64,000 bases of DNA from Pseudomonadota bacterium (GTDB lineage: Bacteria > Pseudomonadota > Gammaproteobacteria > Acidiferrobacterales > UBA6901). The position numbers were made by a program, and so were the translations under genes. Where the stretch lies: contig DAHXOO010000008.1 in NCBI GenBank assembly GCA_027364845.1, positions 121 through 64,120 of the forward strand. Direction: 5' to 3'. The notes under the pieces are model-generated. The model had not been told where the DNA came from. It saw nothing but the letters and a program-made list of their open reading frames with translations, and did not search any database. This document shows positions 19,957-29,609 of the stretch, piece after piece. The stretch's first letter is position 1. Each line of letters begins with the position of its first letter.

Positions 19957-20286
19957 TCAGAACCGCACGATGCGCGCTTCGTAGGGAAACACCAGCAAGC
20001 GGTAAAGCGTTTCACCGACCTGGACATGACCGTACTGCGGGGCCCCAATAGTTACCGTGTCGCCACCCACGGGCGAGAGTCCAGCACCGCCGAAGCGTCT
20101 CTCAAGAATGAGTACCTGCAGCAACTCCTCCAGCGTCTGACGGTCGATGTCGCCGGTGTTGTCAACGAGCCGGCAGGCATGGCCATTACTCATTACGCCA
20201 TCGACAATTATGGCATTGGCATCGATGGGATTCTGTTCATCAAATCTGCGCACGGAATCGGCAAGACTCGGCATGTCCGGCACCAT
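19957..20286 (-). CDS. hypothetical protein (109 aa)
   Basis: The ORF has protein-like composition but no recognisable motif. It is exactly codon-complementary to an equally open plus-strand frame, so the coding strand is not settled. Confidence 0.35.
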   Translation of the reverse strand: MVPDMPSLADSVRRFDEQNPIDANAIIVDGVMSNGHACRLVDNTGDIDRQTLEELLQVLILERRFGGAGLSPVGGDTVTIGAPQYGHVQVGETLYRLLVFPYEARIVRF

Positions 20287-20556
20287 GATCTGGCCTGCGT
20301 TTATGGGGACTGCTACCTATCCTATCATCCGAAGCATTCTGGCAATAGGCGCGCAGTGGCCGGCATGCGCGTTGCGTCCACAAAGGACCGCTGGTCACGA
20401 AGCAGCGTCGCCCGAACACCTGGCCTCTACGACCCGCGGGTTGCTCGGTCGAACACTGCCAGCCGTCCGATGTCCGGGGTCTTAGCGCGAGCGCTTCCGG
20501 TCGACGAAGGTATCCGTCCTCGTGATGGGGGTTTCTCCTTACCAGCCCTGGTAGAG

Positions 20557-22585
20557 CTAGCCCATCTTTCGCTATTCGCCTCCCTATCAACTCCGTTCGT
20601 TGATTTTGGCTGGTCGTAACGCATTGAAGTGCTTCGCCTTTGATAAGGCCGACGTTGAAAAACCGCGTGTAGTGAAGACTTTGGTTGTTGCCAACGTCGC
20701 CCAAGCTTTTACACTGTGCGCATGTTTTTGAAATGCACCGAACGGCGCAAGGACGGCAAGACGCACCGCTACTGGAGCGTGGTCGAGAACCGTCGGCTGG
20801 CCAAAGGCCGTATCGCTCAGCGCCACGTCCTGTATCTGGGTGAGATCAGCGACACGCAACAACAGGCATGGCGTAACACCGTCGAGGTCTTTGATGAGGG
20901 TCGCGCGCGCCAACTCGCCCTGGTGGCGCATGATGCCGGGGCGCTGGATGAGACGGATGTCGTCAGCCTTCGAATCAATGAGCTTACGCTCAATCGCCCG
21001 CGCCAGTGGGGGGCCTGCTGGCTCGCCGGCGTGCTGTGGAACCAACTGGCGTTACCGGAGTTCTGGGAAGCGCGGCTGGGTGCCTCGCGCAAAGGCACCC
21101 GGTGGGCGGCCGTCCTGCAGACGCTCGTCACCTACCGACTGATCGATCCGGGCAGCGAATGGCGCCTGCATCGCCACTGGTTTACCTCAAGCGCGATGGC
21201 CGACTTACTCGATGCCGATTTTACATTGGCCGAGAAAGACACCTTGTACCGTTGCCTCGATAAGCTCCTGGTGCACAAGGATGATCTGATCTCGCATTTG
21301 CGGGCGCGTTGGGGTGAGCTCTTCGCGGTCCGCTTCGATGTGTTGCTCTACGATCTGACCTCCACGTATGTGGAGTCCGACACGCCCCGTGGGGAAGAGG
21401 ATCTGCGTCAGTACGGGTACAGCCGCGACAAGCGCGGCGATTGCCGGCAGGTGGTCATCGGCCTGATTGTCACCCCGGAGGGCTTCCCGTTGAGTTACGA
21501 GGTACTCGCCGGCAACACCGCGGATTGCACCACGCTCGGAGACTTCTTGAAGCGCATCGAGGCGCGTTACGGCAAGGCGAATCGAGTCTGGGTCATGGAC
21601 AGAGGTGTGCCGACGGAGGCCACGCTGGCACAAATGCGGGCCATGGGCGCTTTCTATCTGGTCGGCACACCCAAAGGACGGCTCACGAAATTGGAGGGCG
21701 ATTTACTGGCACAGCCTTGGCAGCGGGTGCGTGAAGGATTACAGGTGAAGCAACGGCCGCATGAAGGGGAAACCTATGTCCTGGCCGCGAGTGAGAAGCG
21801 CGTCAGTAAAGAGCGCGCCATGCGTAAGCGTCGTCTCAAAAAATATGTGGCCACCTTGAAGCAATTGCAGGCGAAGCTTCCGGCACGGGATCAATTATTG
21901 ATGCGCATCGGGGCAGCCAGAAAAGCGGCCGGACGCGCCGCTGGTCTGATCACCCTTGAGTTGCCCAAGACGGATGAGGCGGTCACGGCGCAAACTTTTT
22001 GCTTCGCGCTCGATCGCAAGAAGTTGCGGCGAGCGCGGCGTCGCGAAGGCCGCTATTTGCTGCGCACCAACTTAACCGGTGATGATCCCTCGCAACTGTG
22101 GACCTTCTATGTGCAGCTGACCGAGGTCGAGCAGGCCTTCAAGGAACTCAAACACGATCTCGCGATCCGTCCGCTTTACCATCAACTCGAACATCGCATC
22201 GAGGCGCACATCTTCGTGGCCTTCCTCGCCTATTGTTTGCAAGTCACTCTCAAATATCGGTTGAAGCACCGGGCACCGGGATTAACGCCACGGGTGGCGC
22301 TCGAGAAGTTCAAAACGATCCAGATGATCGATGTGCAGATACCCACGAGTGATGGGCGAACGCTCACGCTCTGCCGTTACACCCAACCCGAGCCCGAGCA
22401 TCGTATGTTGCTCGATGTGCTGCAGCTGCGGTTGCCCGCCCAACCGCCCCCAAAGATTACCGCCAAACAACTCCGCGCCACCGTTGCCGACACCCGCGTG
22501 GCGTAGTGCAGACTTTTAAGACCGCTACTCGATAAATCAAAGAGTTAGGATCGTCAGTACGGGCGAATAGCGAAAGATGGGCTAG
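20557..22585 (+). mobile_element. IS1634-family (IS4 superfamily) insertion sequence, apparently intact
   Basis: 24-bp terminal inverted repeats CTAGCCCATCTTTCGCTATTCGCC (20557-20580 versus reverse complement of 22562-22585). Single transposase gene. CTAG is present at both junctions. Confidence 0.9.
20722..22506 (+). CDS. IS1634-family DDE transposase
   Basis: 594 aa. The N-terminus MFLKCTERRKDGKTHRYWSVVENRRL...RHVLYLGEI is the characteristic IS1634-family start. A DDE region follows (LYDLTSTY, VWVMDRG). Confidence 0.9.
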   Translation: MFLKCTERRKDGKTHRYWSVVENRRLAKGRIAQRHVLYLGEISDTQQQAWRNTVEVFDEGRARQLALVAHDAGALDETDVVSLRINELTLNRPRQWGACWLAGVLWNQLALPEFWEARLGASRKGTRWAAVLQTLVTYRLIDPGSEWRLHRHWFTSSAMADLLDADFTLAEKDTLYRCLDKLLVHKDDLISHLRARWGELFAVRFDVLLYDLTSTYVESDTPRGEEDLRQYGYSRDKRGDCRQVVIGLIVTPEGFPLSYEVLAGNTADCTTLGDFLKRIEARYGKANRVWVMDRGVPTEATLAQMRAMGAFYLVGTPKGRLTKLEGDLLAQPWQRVREGLQVKQRPHEGETYVLAASEKRVSKERAMRKRRLKKYVATLKQLQAKLPARDQLLMRIGAARKAAGRAAGLITLELPKTDEAVTAQTFCFALDRKKLRRARRREGRYLLRTNLTGDDPSQLWTFYVQLTEVEQAFKELKHDLAIRPLYHQLEHRIEAHIFVAFLAYCLQVTLKYRLKHRAPGLTPRVALEKFKTIQMIDVQIPTSDGRTLTLCRYTQPEPEHRMLLDVLQLRLPAQPPPKITAKQLRATVADTRVA

Positions 22586-22871
22586 ACATTCCATTCGAGA
22601 CTGACTGGACTCACCGACAGCCGTTTGTGCCAAATTGGCGTGAAACACCTACGCTTATGAAATTGCTGTCGGACGGTAGGTGCTCAATGTCTGAACAGAA
22701 GAAACTGAAGAGGGTGTCAGCAACCAGCGTGGGCTCTATCACGCTGGCGGTGCGCCGCCGGAATGGTCAACCCGGAAGGGTGAGCAGTCGCAACGTGTTG
22801 TCAGTTCAGCGCATCCTGCAAAATCGCCGCCCTGGAAGAGGCTGACCGGACGACGTTGGGACATTCGTGAT

Positions 22872-25800
22872 TCAGGGCAAATCAATCCGATAGTATAGGT
22901 CTACGCCACTGCCGACAGTACCCCCCTCGGTCTGCAACTCGACCGACTGGGTAAGGCGGTAGCGTAGACGCGCCACGGTACCGGCCCCAAAAATGGATTG
23001 GCCGATGCTGACGTAGAGATGCGGCGTCAGATAATGTCCCAAGGTGACCATGGTGCCGGCAAGCCCCTCGGCTTGGGTGGAACTGGTGCCCAGATTGGCA
23101 AAGCCCACGTCACCCAAAAGATTCTGCCTGAACAAAGTCGCCTGGGTGGTGGAGAAGAGCTGGCCGGCCGCCGCGGCCAGCAGGTTGTTCTGGCTTTGCA
23201 GTCCGCTTGCCGGGTATCCGAAGATCAGATAGGAGAGGACGTCAGTATCGGACATGGCGGGCACTGAGTAGAGCCGCACCTGGGGCGACTGCAAGGTGCC
23301 AGTCACCTGTACGCCCGCCTGTATCCTCTCTTGATTCATCCCGAAACTGGTAGCAGCGATGTGGCGCAGTGCCAGGACGTCCAGCACCGCCAGATTCGGT
23401 GGCCCATGAAAGCGGATGACACCCCGGGTGAAATTCAAGTTCTTACCATAGATCTGATAGCGGCCGTTGACCATGTGCAGCACCCCTTCCACCTGGGGCG
23501 GCTGCCCACCTTGGACCCTGACCTGAAGATTTCCCTGTAGGTCAGATTGCAGACCACCCATGATAACTTTGGCATCATTACCCAGGGCGATACGCAAACT
23601 GCCGTCGAAGGTGGGACCGCTGCCGGATTCAGCTTGGGTTTTCACAAACACCACGTCCGCGCTCGGGCGCACGCCGCCGATCTGACTTCCCAGGATGTGC
23701 AATTGGTCTGCGGTTACATCCCCCGTGATGCCGATACGCCGCCAACCGCCCTCTATGGTGATGTTCGGTGTCACGGCAGCGGTGACTTCCGGCAGGTTGA
23801 GAATGGCGAAGTCCTTGCCGGTCACCTGCATCTGGTAATGGGATGGGGTAAAACCAGATAGCGTGACCATCCCCTGCCCGCCGATGCTTCCTTTCCCTGA
23901 AGTCGCGTGAAATTGGCTGATGGTCAACCGCTCGCCTTCGGCCTGCAACTGCGCGCCGATCCCGGTCACGGTGATGCCTGCTTGGGGGATGAAAACAGCA
24001 GCGTCTCGCAACGCCGCACGGCCGCTCCACTTGGGGTGCTCCCAGGTTCCAGCAAGTTTGAGATTGCCGCTGAATCGCCAAGTGGGGCGTACAGTCACTT
24101 GGCGAAGTGGGGCAGCTAACAGCAGGCTGTGCCTGATATTGAAAAGGAATTTCCCCTGCACTGGGCCCGCCGGTGGCCATTGGAACGGGATGCCTAAGGA
24201 AATGGGCAAGGTCGCGGTCGCCTGTGCCACACCGAAACCTTGAGCCAGACTTAGCCGGCTTTCGATGTTGAGCACCTTGTGTGCCGCATGCAGGTGGCCG
24301 GCCCAAGATGATATGGGAACCTGGATTGTCCGGCCCGCCGGCTCGCGCCAAATGAGCATGGCTTCCCGCAGGTTGGCGTCTCCATCGCCCGTGCAGTGCC
24401 CCGCGCACCGGGCGACGAGATCGAGATCGGTCCGCCCCTTCACCTGCACCTCCCCCGAAGCGGAAGCCAGGTCCAGCGGAAGAGCGCGGACGTGCAAAGA
24501 TCCCTGTCCTTTCCGGTCGGCAAAAGTCCAATTTCCCTCCAAACGGATACTGGCCCCCCGGCTGTCAGCGAGACTCACGGTGGAGATCGCGAGACGTCCG
24601 CTGCTCCAGTCGATCCGGACCGGCGCCGTCAGATCCCAGTGGCCGAGGCGCTGGCCTTCGACCCCCAGGCGCTGCAAGACCGTATTCCACACAGCTGCGT
24701 GGCGCGATACCTTGGCGGCGAGGTGTATCACATCGTCCCGCCAGTGGACCTCAATACGACTCTCGAAGGCAGCCAGCGTACCCTGGGCATGGACATCCAA
24801 AGCGATATCTTCTCCGGCGACATGGACCCCCTGGGCCTGCAGATCCATATTGGTCTTACCGTCCGCGCGTGATGTAGCGGTAAGGTGCAAGGCGGCCACC
24901 CGGTAAGCATCGAAACTCAGCCCCTGCGCCTGGCCCTTTATTTGGCCCTGCCAGCGCCCGTTGGGGTGGGCTACCCAGCCCGAAATACGGCTTCCCCCCC
25001 GAAACTTTGGAAAAATGCCGGCCCATCGAGAGACCTGGGCAGTAAAATCAATCCGCCTCTCCAGCTCTCCAGCAGCAGTCAAGTTCAGACCGGGGCCTTT
25101 GAGGTCCAAGGCGTCCACCCGAAAGACACGCGGTGCAAAGCTTAGTCGGACCTGGCCTCGCAGGCTCTGCCGATAGACGTAACTGGGGCCAAGATCCAAA
25201 GTCAGATTTCCTCCCGATCCGTTGATCTCTTTCGCCAATCGCAGCCCCAGAGTGCCATTCAAGTTGGCTTGCACGTGCGGCAGCAGCATTCCTGGATTCA
25301 CGCCAGTAAATGTCAGGCTCGCCGCAACGTGCCAACTGGGGCGCCATCTCAGCCTTAGCCACCCTCCTGTCGAAAGCCCTCCCAGAAGACGGCCGGAAAC
25401 AGAGGCCATCCGGAATCCGGCTTCGTTCCCCGCAAGATCTCCGGCCAGCTGCCAATGGAACTTGGGGGCCTGAAACACGATATGCCCGTGGTAGGCCAGA
25501 GGGTTGCCTTCCAGTTGCAGATCCACGGCATAGGGCGCGGCGGAAATGGTCTTGGGCAAATCCAGCAGATATAGGTCCTTCCCGTGCAGACTTAAACGAT
25601 AGGGTTGCGAAGGAGGACCGAGAGAAAGGACGGCATCCACCAGAGCCGGTTGGCTCAATTGGGGAATAAGCACGCGCGCGTTGCGCAGTTGGAAAGCATG
25701 TCGCTCCAGAAAGAGATCCGCGGTGACAGTCATGGGGAGATTGCCTTCAATGCGGACAGCCACCGGCCCACCCATAGCCGCCATGCTGGGCTTCCAGTCG

Positions 25801-26420
25801 ACGCCCCAGACGGCGCGCGTACCGGGCGAGGTCCAGCTACCGAATGTCTTCAGGCTGTGCACGGTCCATCCCAGATCCAGGGAACCTTCCGCCTGCCCCT
25901 CAGGCAAAGCAAAGCGAAAATGGCTCGAATGCAGTCCCTCGCCAGTCCACGCCAATTCTCCCGCAAAGTACCGCAAGTCGAACTGCTGTTGATGCCCTCT
26001 CCGCAATGTCAGCCGCGCGAGGTCCAGGTGCTCGATTCGCACATGCAAGAGATGGGACCACAGAGGCATTGGCGGCAGGGAAAGATCCGGCACTTCCGCA
26101 AGTTTTTTCGACGACGCCAGATGGATCTCTGCGCCGCGCACCCGCAGTGTTCTGACCAAGACCTGCCTCTGCCATAAGGCCACCGGCATCCAGTCAAGGT
26201 CGAGATGATCGACCACCACCCACTCCGCGCCTGCACGCCAATGCACTCCCTGCAATTCCAAAGGGCCCGCCAGGCTACCCTGCACGGACACTACCTCCAG
26301 GCCAGGAATGCGCTTCAGGGCCCAAAGGGCCCCGGCAGGAGTGAAAAACAACCAGTACCAGACCCAGGCCACTGCCAACAAAGGCAGAGCGAACAAAAGA
26401 GAGACGAGAACCCGTCTCAC
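22872..26420 (-). CDS. tamB: translocation and assembly module protein TamB
   Basis: 1182 aa with an N-terminal signal anchor. DUF490-type C-terminus (...VELQTEGGTVGSGVDLYYRIDLP). Overlaps the tamA stop by 4 nt. Confidence 0.9.
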   Translation of the reverse strand: MRRVLVSLLFALPLLAVAWVWYWLFFTPAGALWALKRIPGLEVVSVQGSLAGPLELQGVHWRAGAEWVVVDHLDLDWMPVALWQRQVLVRTLRVRGAEIHLASSKKLAEVPDLSLPPMPLWSHLLHVRIEHLDLARLTLRRGHQQQFDLRYFAGELAWTGEGLHSSHFRFALPEGQAEGSLDLGWTVHSLKTFGSWTSPGTRAVWGVDWKPSMAAMGGPVAVRIEGNLPMTVTADLFLERHAFQLRNARVLIPQLSQPALVDAVLSLGPPSQPYRLSLHGKDLYLLDLPKTISAAPYAVDLQLEGNPLAYHGHIVFQAPKFHWQLAGDLAGNEAGFRMASVSGRLLGGLSTGGWLRLRWRPSWHVAASLTFTGVNPGMLLPHVQANLNGTLGLRLAKEINGSGGNLTLDLGPSYVYRQSLRGQVRLSFAPRVFRVDALDLKGPGLNLTAAGELERRIDFTAQVSRWAGIFPKFRGGSRISGWVAHPNGRWQGQIKGQAQGLSFDAYRVAALHLTATSRADGKTNMDLQAQGVHVAGEDIALDVHAQGTLAAFESRIEVHWRDDVIHLAAKVSRHAAVWNTVLQRLGVEGQRLGHWDLTAPVRIDWSSGRLAISTVSLADSRGASIRLEGNWTFADRKGQGSLHVRALPLDLASASGEVQVKGRTDLDLVARCAGHCTGDGDANLREAMLIWREPAGRTIQVPISSWAGHLHAAHKVLNIESRLSLAQGFGVAQATATLPISLGIPFQWPPAGPVQGKFLFNIRHSLLLAAPLRQVTVRPTWRFSGNLKLAGTWEHPKWSGRAALRDAAVFIPQAGITVTGIGAQLQAEGERLTISQFHATSGKGSIGGQGMVTLSGFTPSHYQMQVTGKDFAILNLPEVTAAVTPNITIEGGWRRIGITGDVTADQLHILGSQIGGVRPSADVVFVKTQAESGSGPTFDGSLRIALGNDAKVIMGGLQSDLQGNLQVRVQGGQPPQVEGVLHMVNGRYQIYGKNLNFTRGVIRFHGPPNLAVLDVLALRHIAATSFGMNQERIQAGVQVTGTLQSPQVRLYSVPAMSDTDVLSYLIFGYPASGLQSQNNLLAAAAGQLFSTTQATLFRQNLLGDVGFANLGTSSTQAEGLAGTMVTLGHYLTPHLYVSIGQSIFGAGTVARLRYRLTQSVELQTEGGTVGSGVDLYYRIDLP

Positions 26421-28183
26421 AGACTGACTCCCACGGAGAAAATCACGCGCAGGTACGGGGCACGGGGGCTAACCAACGGATGGGCGACGTCTAAGCGTAC
26501 CGGGCCGAAGGGTGAGTACCAGCGCACGCCAATCCCCACGTCTCGCAGGACACGGAACTCAGCAAAGTTATTGAAAGCATTGCCGACGTGATAAAAGATC
26601 ACTATGCCCCAATCCTTCCGGATGAACCGTTCCACCTCCGCGCCACCCACCAGAAGGTCGCTGCCGCCCAACACCACACCGTTCAGCTCCGGACCTTGAG
26701 AAAGATAGGCATAACCCGGCAAGGTGCTCTGGCCGCCGGCGAAAAAGCGCAGGGTGGGCGGCAGGAGGTCGATGGAACCCGGTAACCAGGTGGCTCCTGC
26801 CTCTCCCCGCAGCCCCACACCCCATTTGGTGCTCAAGAAGTGGCGCCATACTCCATGCACACGCATTTGCGCGAAATTCGCATCACTAGCCAGCGCCCGC
26901 GTCCCGCCCTGGATGGTAACGTCCCAGGAATAACCTTCCAGGGGACGTACCGGATTTGGAAAACCCTGCACCGAGTAACGCAGGGAAGGGATAATGAAAC
27001 GCGCCCGACCGGACAGTCCATCAATGCTATAGTTAATTTTCTGATAGGACAGCAGCGCGCCAAGGTTAGCGCCGCCCCCCATATACCAGTCACGCCCAAA
27101 ACCGGTGTCGAAGACATCGGCACTGTACGGCACCAGATTCAAATGCCGGAAGCTGGCTTCAGCGATGTACCGGGAACCGAGGCGATCCCCCACCGGCCAT
27201 GTGTAGCTGGCGCCTACATCCAGGGTCCGCTGAGCCAGGGTCAATGACAGGTGCGCGTGCTGACCGCGGCGAAAAGCGTTGTAATTATCGTAGCCCAGCC
27301 CCAGGTTGGCACCCAGATCCGAGCTGTAGCCCACCCCCACCTTCAGGCGCTTGGGCCGGAGAGATTTTAGTATTACCGTCACGGGTATACGCCCGTCCCT
27401 GGCATGCTGCAGATCAGAAAGAACAGCAATCTCCGAAAACCTGTCGGCATTGCGGAGATTAGCCTGGGTGCTCGCGAGTCGGGTCGAGCTGTACCAGTCA
27501 CCAGGGCCAAAGTCCAAATAGCGAGCGAGGAAGCGGCGAGGATAGGTCTTTGCCCCCTGAAAGACGACTTTGCCGAAGCGATAACGGCTGCCGCTGTTCA
27601 CGGTGAGGAAGATGTCCGCCCAGTGCTCCTTCCGATCGATGAGAATTTCATGACGGGAGAAATCGGCTCTGGCGTAGCCTTCCGCATGGAGGGCGTTCAG
27701 GGTCTTGGCCTTCCAGTCGTCATAGAGGGACTGATCGAGGGCTTCTCCTTGCCGCAGCGGGAACATCTCAAGCAATTGATGCAGGACCGGAACCCCGCTG
27801 CCGGGCCCCTCTGCACGCAGGGTGGCGTTTCGCACCATGATGCGCGGACCAAGTCGAAGCGCGAAGGTCAGGATGTAATCGCTTCCCCGTTGGACAACAT
27901 GCTCCTTCCAGCGGGCATCGTAATACCCGTATACCTCCAGGGCCTGGCGCAGCCGGAGGGCCGCCGCCATCCGGGCATCGGTGAGCCCCGCGAGAGGGTC
28001 GACTATGGGCGCCGGCGGCATGACATTCGCCAGGTGGCTGCGCAGGACGCCCGGAGCGCCGGTGATCCGGAAGCGCAGCTCCGCCGCCCAAACGGGAGAC
28101 ATCATCAGCAATCCCCAACTCAGGAGCAACCCGCTGACGAGAATTGGCTTGCGCTGCTTCAAAAACAGTCCGCGTCCATCCAT
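26417..28183 (-). CDS. tamA: Omp85-family outer membrane protein TamA
   Basis: 588 aa. Signal peptide, POTRA region, C-terminal beta-barrel. Sits upstream of tamB. Confidence 0.88.
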   Translation of the reverse strand: MDGRGLFLKQRKPILVSGLLLSWGLLMMSPVWAAELRFRITGAPGVLRSHLANVMPPAPIVDPLAGLTDARMAAALRLRQALEVYGYYDARWKEHVVQRGSDYILTFALRLGPRIMVRNATLRAEGPGSGVPVLHQLLEMFPLRQGEALDQSLYDDWKAKTLNALHAEGYARADFSRHEILIDRKEHWADIFLTVNSGSRYRFGKVVFQGAKTYPRRFLARYLDFGPGDWYSSTRLASTQANLRNADRFSEIAVLSDLQHARDGRIPVTVILKSLRPKRLKVGVGYSSDLGANLGLGYDNYNAFRRGQHAHLSLTLAQRTLDVGASYTWPVGDRLGSRYIAEASFRHLNLVPYSADVFDTGFGRDWYMGGGANLGALLSYQKINYSIDGLSGRARFIIPSLRYSVQGFPNPVRPLEGYSWDVTIQGGTRALASDANFAQMRVHGVWRHFLSTKWGVGLRGEAGATWLPGSIDLLPPTLRFFAGGQSTLPGYAYLSQGPELNGVVLGGSDLLVGGAEVERFIRKDWGIVIFYHVGNAFNNFAEFRVLRDVGIGVRWYSPFGPVRLDVAHPLVSPRAPYLRVIFSVGVSL

Positions 28184-28341
28184 TGCCTGTGCCGAACCTT
28201 GGATACCCGGATGCCAAGCGTTTTAGCTGAGTTCGACAGACGCTGTAACGCGCTGGAATGAGAGAAACCTTGCTCTAGCACCGGCTCAATGGCTTCTGCC
28301 TGAAACTCCTTCGCGTGTTTCTGACTTGGTGGCTTTTCCAT
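28159..28341 (-). pseudogene. IS3-family transposase OrfA N-terminal fragment
   Basis: KEFQAEAIEPVLEQGFS...TLGIRVSKVR aligns with the IS3/IS911 OrfA HTH region. It is truncated where tamA begins. Confidence 0.65.
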
Positions 28342-28532
28342 CCAATGCCTCCGATATTCACATTATCAAGCTGAAGCTGCTGCTTTTCCGAGCCCAGCAC
28401 AGAGATGTTGTCCGATTCCATCCTGCGGGCCTGCCGCTTCCGGGCAGTGGCTGAATGTAACCCTGCGGATCAGCCTGGGCGGGAGGCCCGTCTGTAGCAA
28501 GAGCGCGGCGACACAGCTGATGGCAGCCAAAA

Positions 28533-28960
28533 ATGTCAACGCGCGATCCAGGTTACGGGCATCAACCAAGCTGCGACTGTAGAATGCCGGATGTATCCCG
28601 CCAGCATGAAGGATCTCCACGGCTGCGAAATCATAGGCTTTGCGAAAGGCGGCCGTGCGACCCAAGACCCAGCGGGCCCGTGGTCTGCTTCAGGCCGTTG
28701 CCGCCAGGTGATCCGCGCCATAGAAACTGCCACGACAACGCTCTGGCGGAAAGCTTCAGGAGCAGATGCAAATACGAACTGTTGCATCGGTACTGTCATA
28801 GAACCGCCGAGCAGACACGCTGTGAGATCACTAATACATCAAAATCTTCCAAGATCGCAAGCAGCGGCACTCGCGATCCAGGTATTCATCGCCGGCGGCA
28901 TACACGCACTGGTACCGCCGTCGGCGGCAAATGGCATGATACGGCAATTTTTAGATTCTA
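28533..28960 (+). pseudogene. IS3-family transposase OrfB (integrase core) fragment with frameshifts
   Basis: IS3 OrfB blocks are spread over two frames: RMPDVSRQHEG (DITYI..EG), DLHGCEIIGFA (DL.SRKIVGWA), NCHDNALAESF..KYELLHR (NCWDNAVAESFF..K.ELV). Confidence 0.7.
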
Positions 28961-29047
28961 CTATTGTCGATCGTGGGTCATGAGGCCGTTGACCGGAACG
29001 ACGTCCGGCCCTATATTTGATACAAGATCACTTCAGACAAGCGGGAC

Positions 29048-29275
29048 ATGGACAGCGAAAACCTGGCAAAACTTGAAGAGCGCATCAATGAGCTCATCGA
29101 TACCTGCCGACGCTTAAATCGCGAAAATCATGCGCTGCAGTCGGATCGCAGGAATCTTGCAGACGAGCACGGAAATCTTGCGGACGAGCACGCACGCCTG
29201 GTGGAGAAAACCCAGATCGCGCGCGCGCGCATCGAGGCGATGATCGGCCGCTTAAAGGCACTGGAGCGCAGCTAA
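29048..29275 (+). CDS. ZapB-like coiled-coil protein preceding zapA
   Basis: 75 aa heptad-repeat protein immediately upstream of zapA, a conserved gammaproteobacterial arrangement. Confidence 0.7.
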   Translation: MDSENLAKLEERINELIDTCRRLNRENHALQSDRRNLADEHGNLADEHARLVEKTQIARARIEAMIGRLKALERS

Positions 29276-29581
29276 GTGAAGACCGCGCAGGGGGGAGTCA
29301 ACATTTCGATTCTGGGCAAGGATCTAATGGTAGCGTGCCCAGACAGTGAACGCACTGCACTGATTGCCGCTGCGCGTTATCTCGACGAGAAGATGCGCGA
29401 AATCCAGGACAGCGGGAAGGTCATCGGAGCCGAGCGCTGCGCGGTAATGGCTGCGCTGAACCTCGCCAATGAGCTTCTGGAATTGCGCAAGCAGGCTACG
29501 AGCGTTCCGGCCGACATCGATCACCGGCTGCAGTTTCTGCGGGGCAAGATTGATGCTGCCTTGCATGAAGAGATCCTGTAA
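29276..29581 (+). CDS. zapA: cell division protein ZapA
   Basis: 101 aa with a GTG start. VNISILGKDLMVACPDSER...YLDEKMREI matches ZapA. Followed by 6S RNA and 5-FCL. Confidence 0.9.
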   Translation: MKTAQGGVNISILGKDLMVACPDSERTALIAAARYLDEKMREIQDSGKVIGAERCAVMAALNLANELLELRKQATSVPADIDHRLQFLRGKIDAALHEEIL

Positions 29582-29609
29582 ATTTTGCTTTTCTCGATTT
29601 TGGCATGCA

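Noticed and set aside
20287-22871. Whether the IS flanks are a disrupted structured RNA (RNase P RNA, tmRNA or SRP RNA). GAAGAGGCTGACCGGACGACG near 22841 recalls the RNase P RNA 5' end.
   Set aside because: None of the universally conserved blocks (GGAAAGTCCGGGC, ACAGAACCCGGCTTA, a tRNA-like T-arm with CCA, the SRP GGAA tetraloop helix) are present, and the RNase P-like word abuts the tamB stop.
23629-24531. 300-aa ORF on the same strand as tamB in another frame.
   Set aside because: It has Arg/Gly/Pro-rich junk composition and is fully nested in a gene with a continuous homologous frame.
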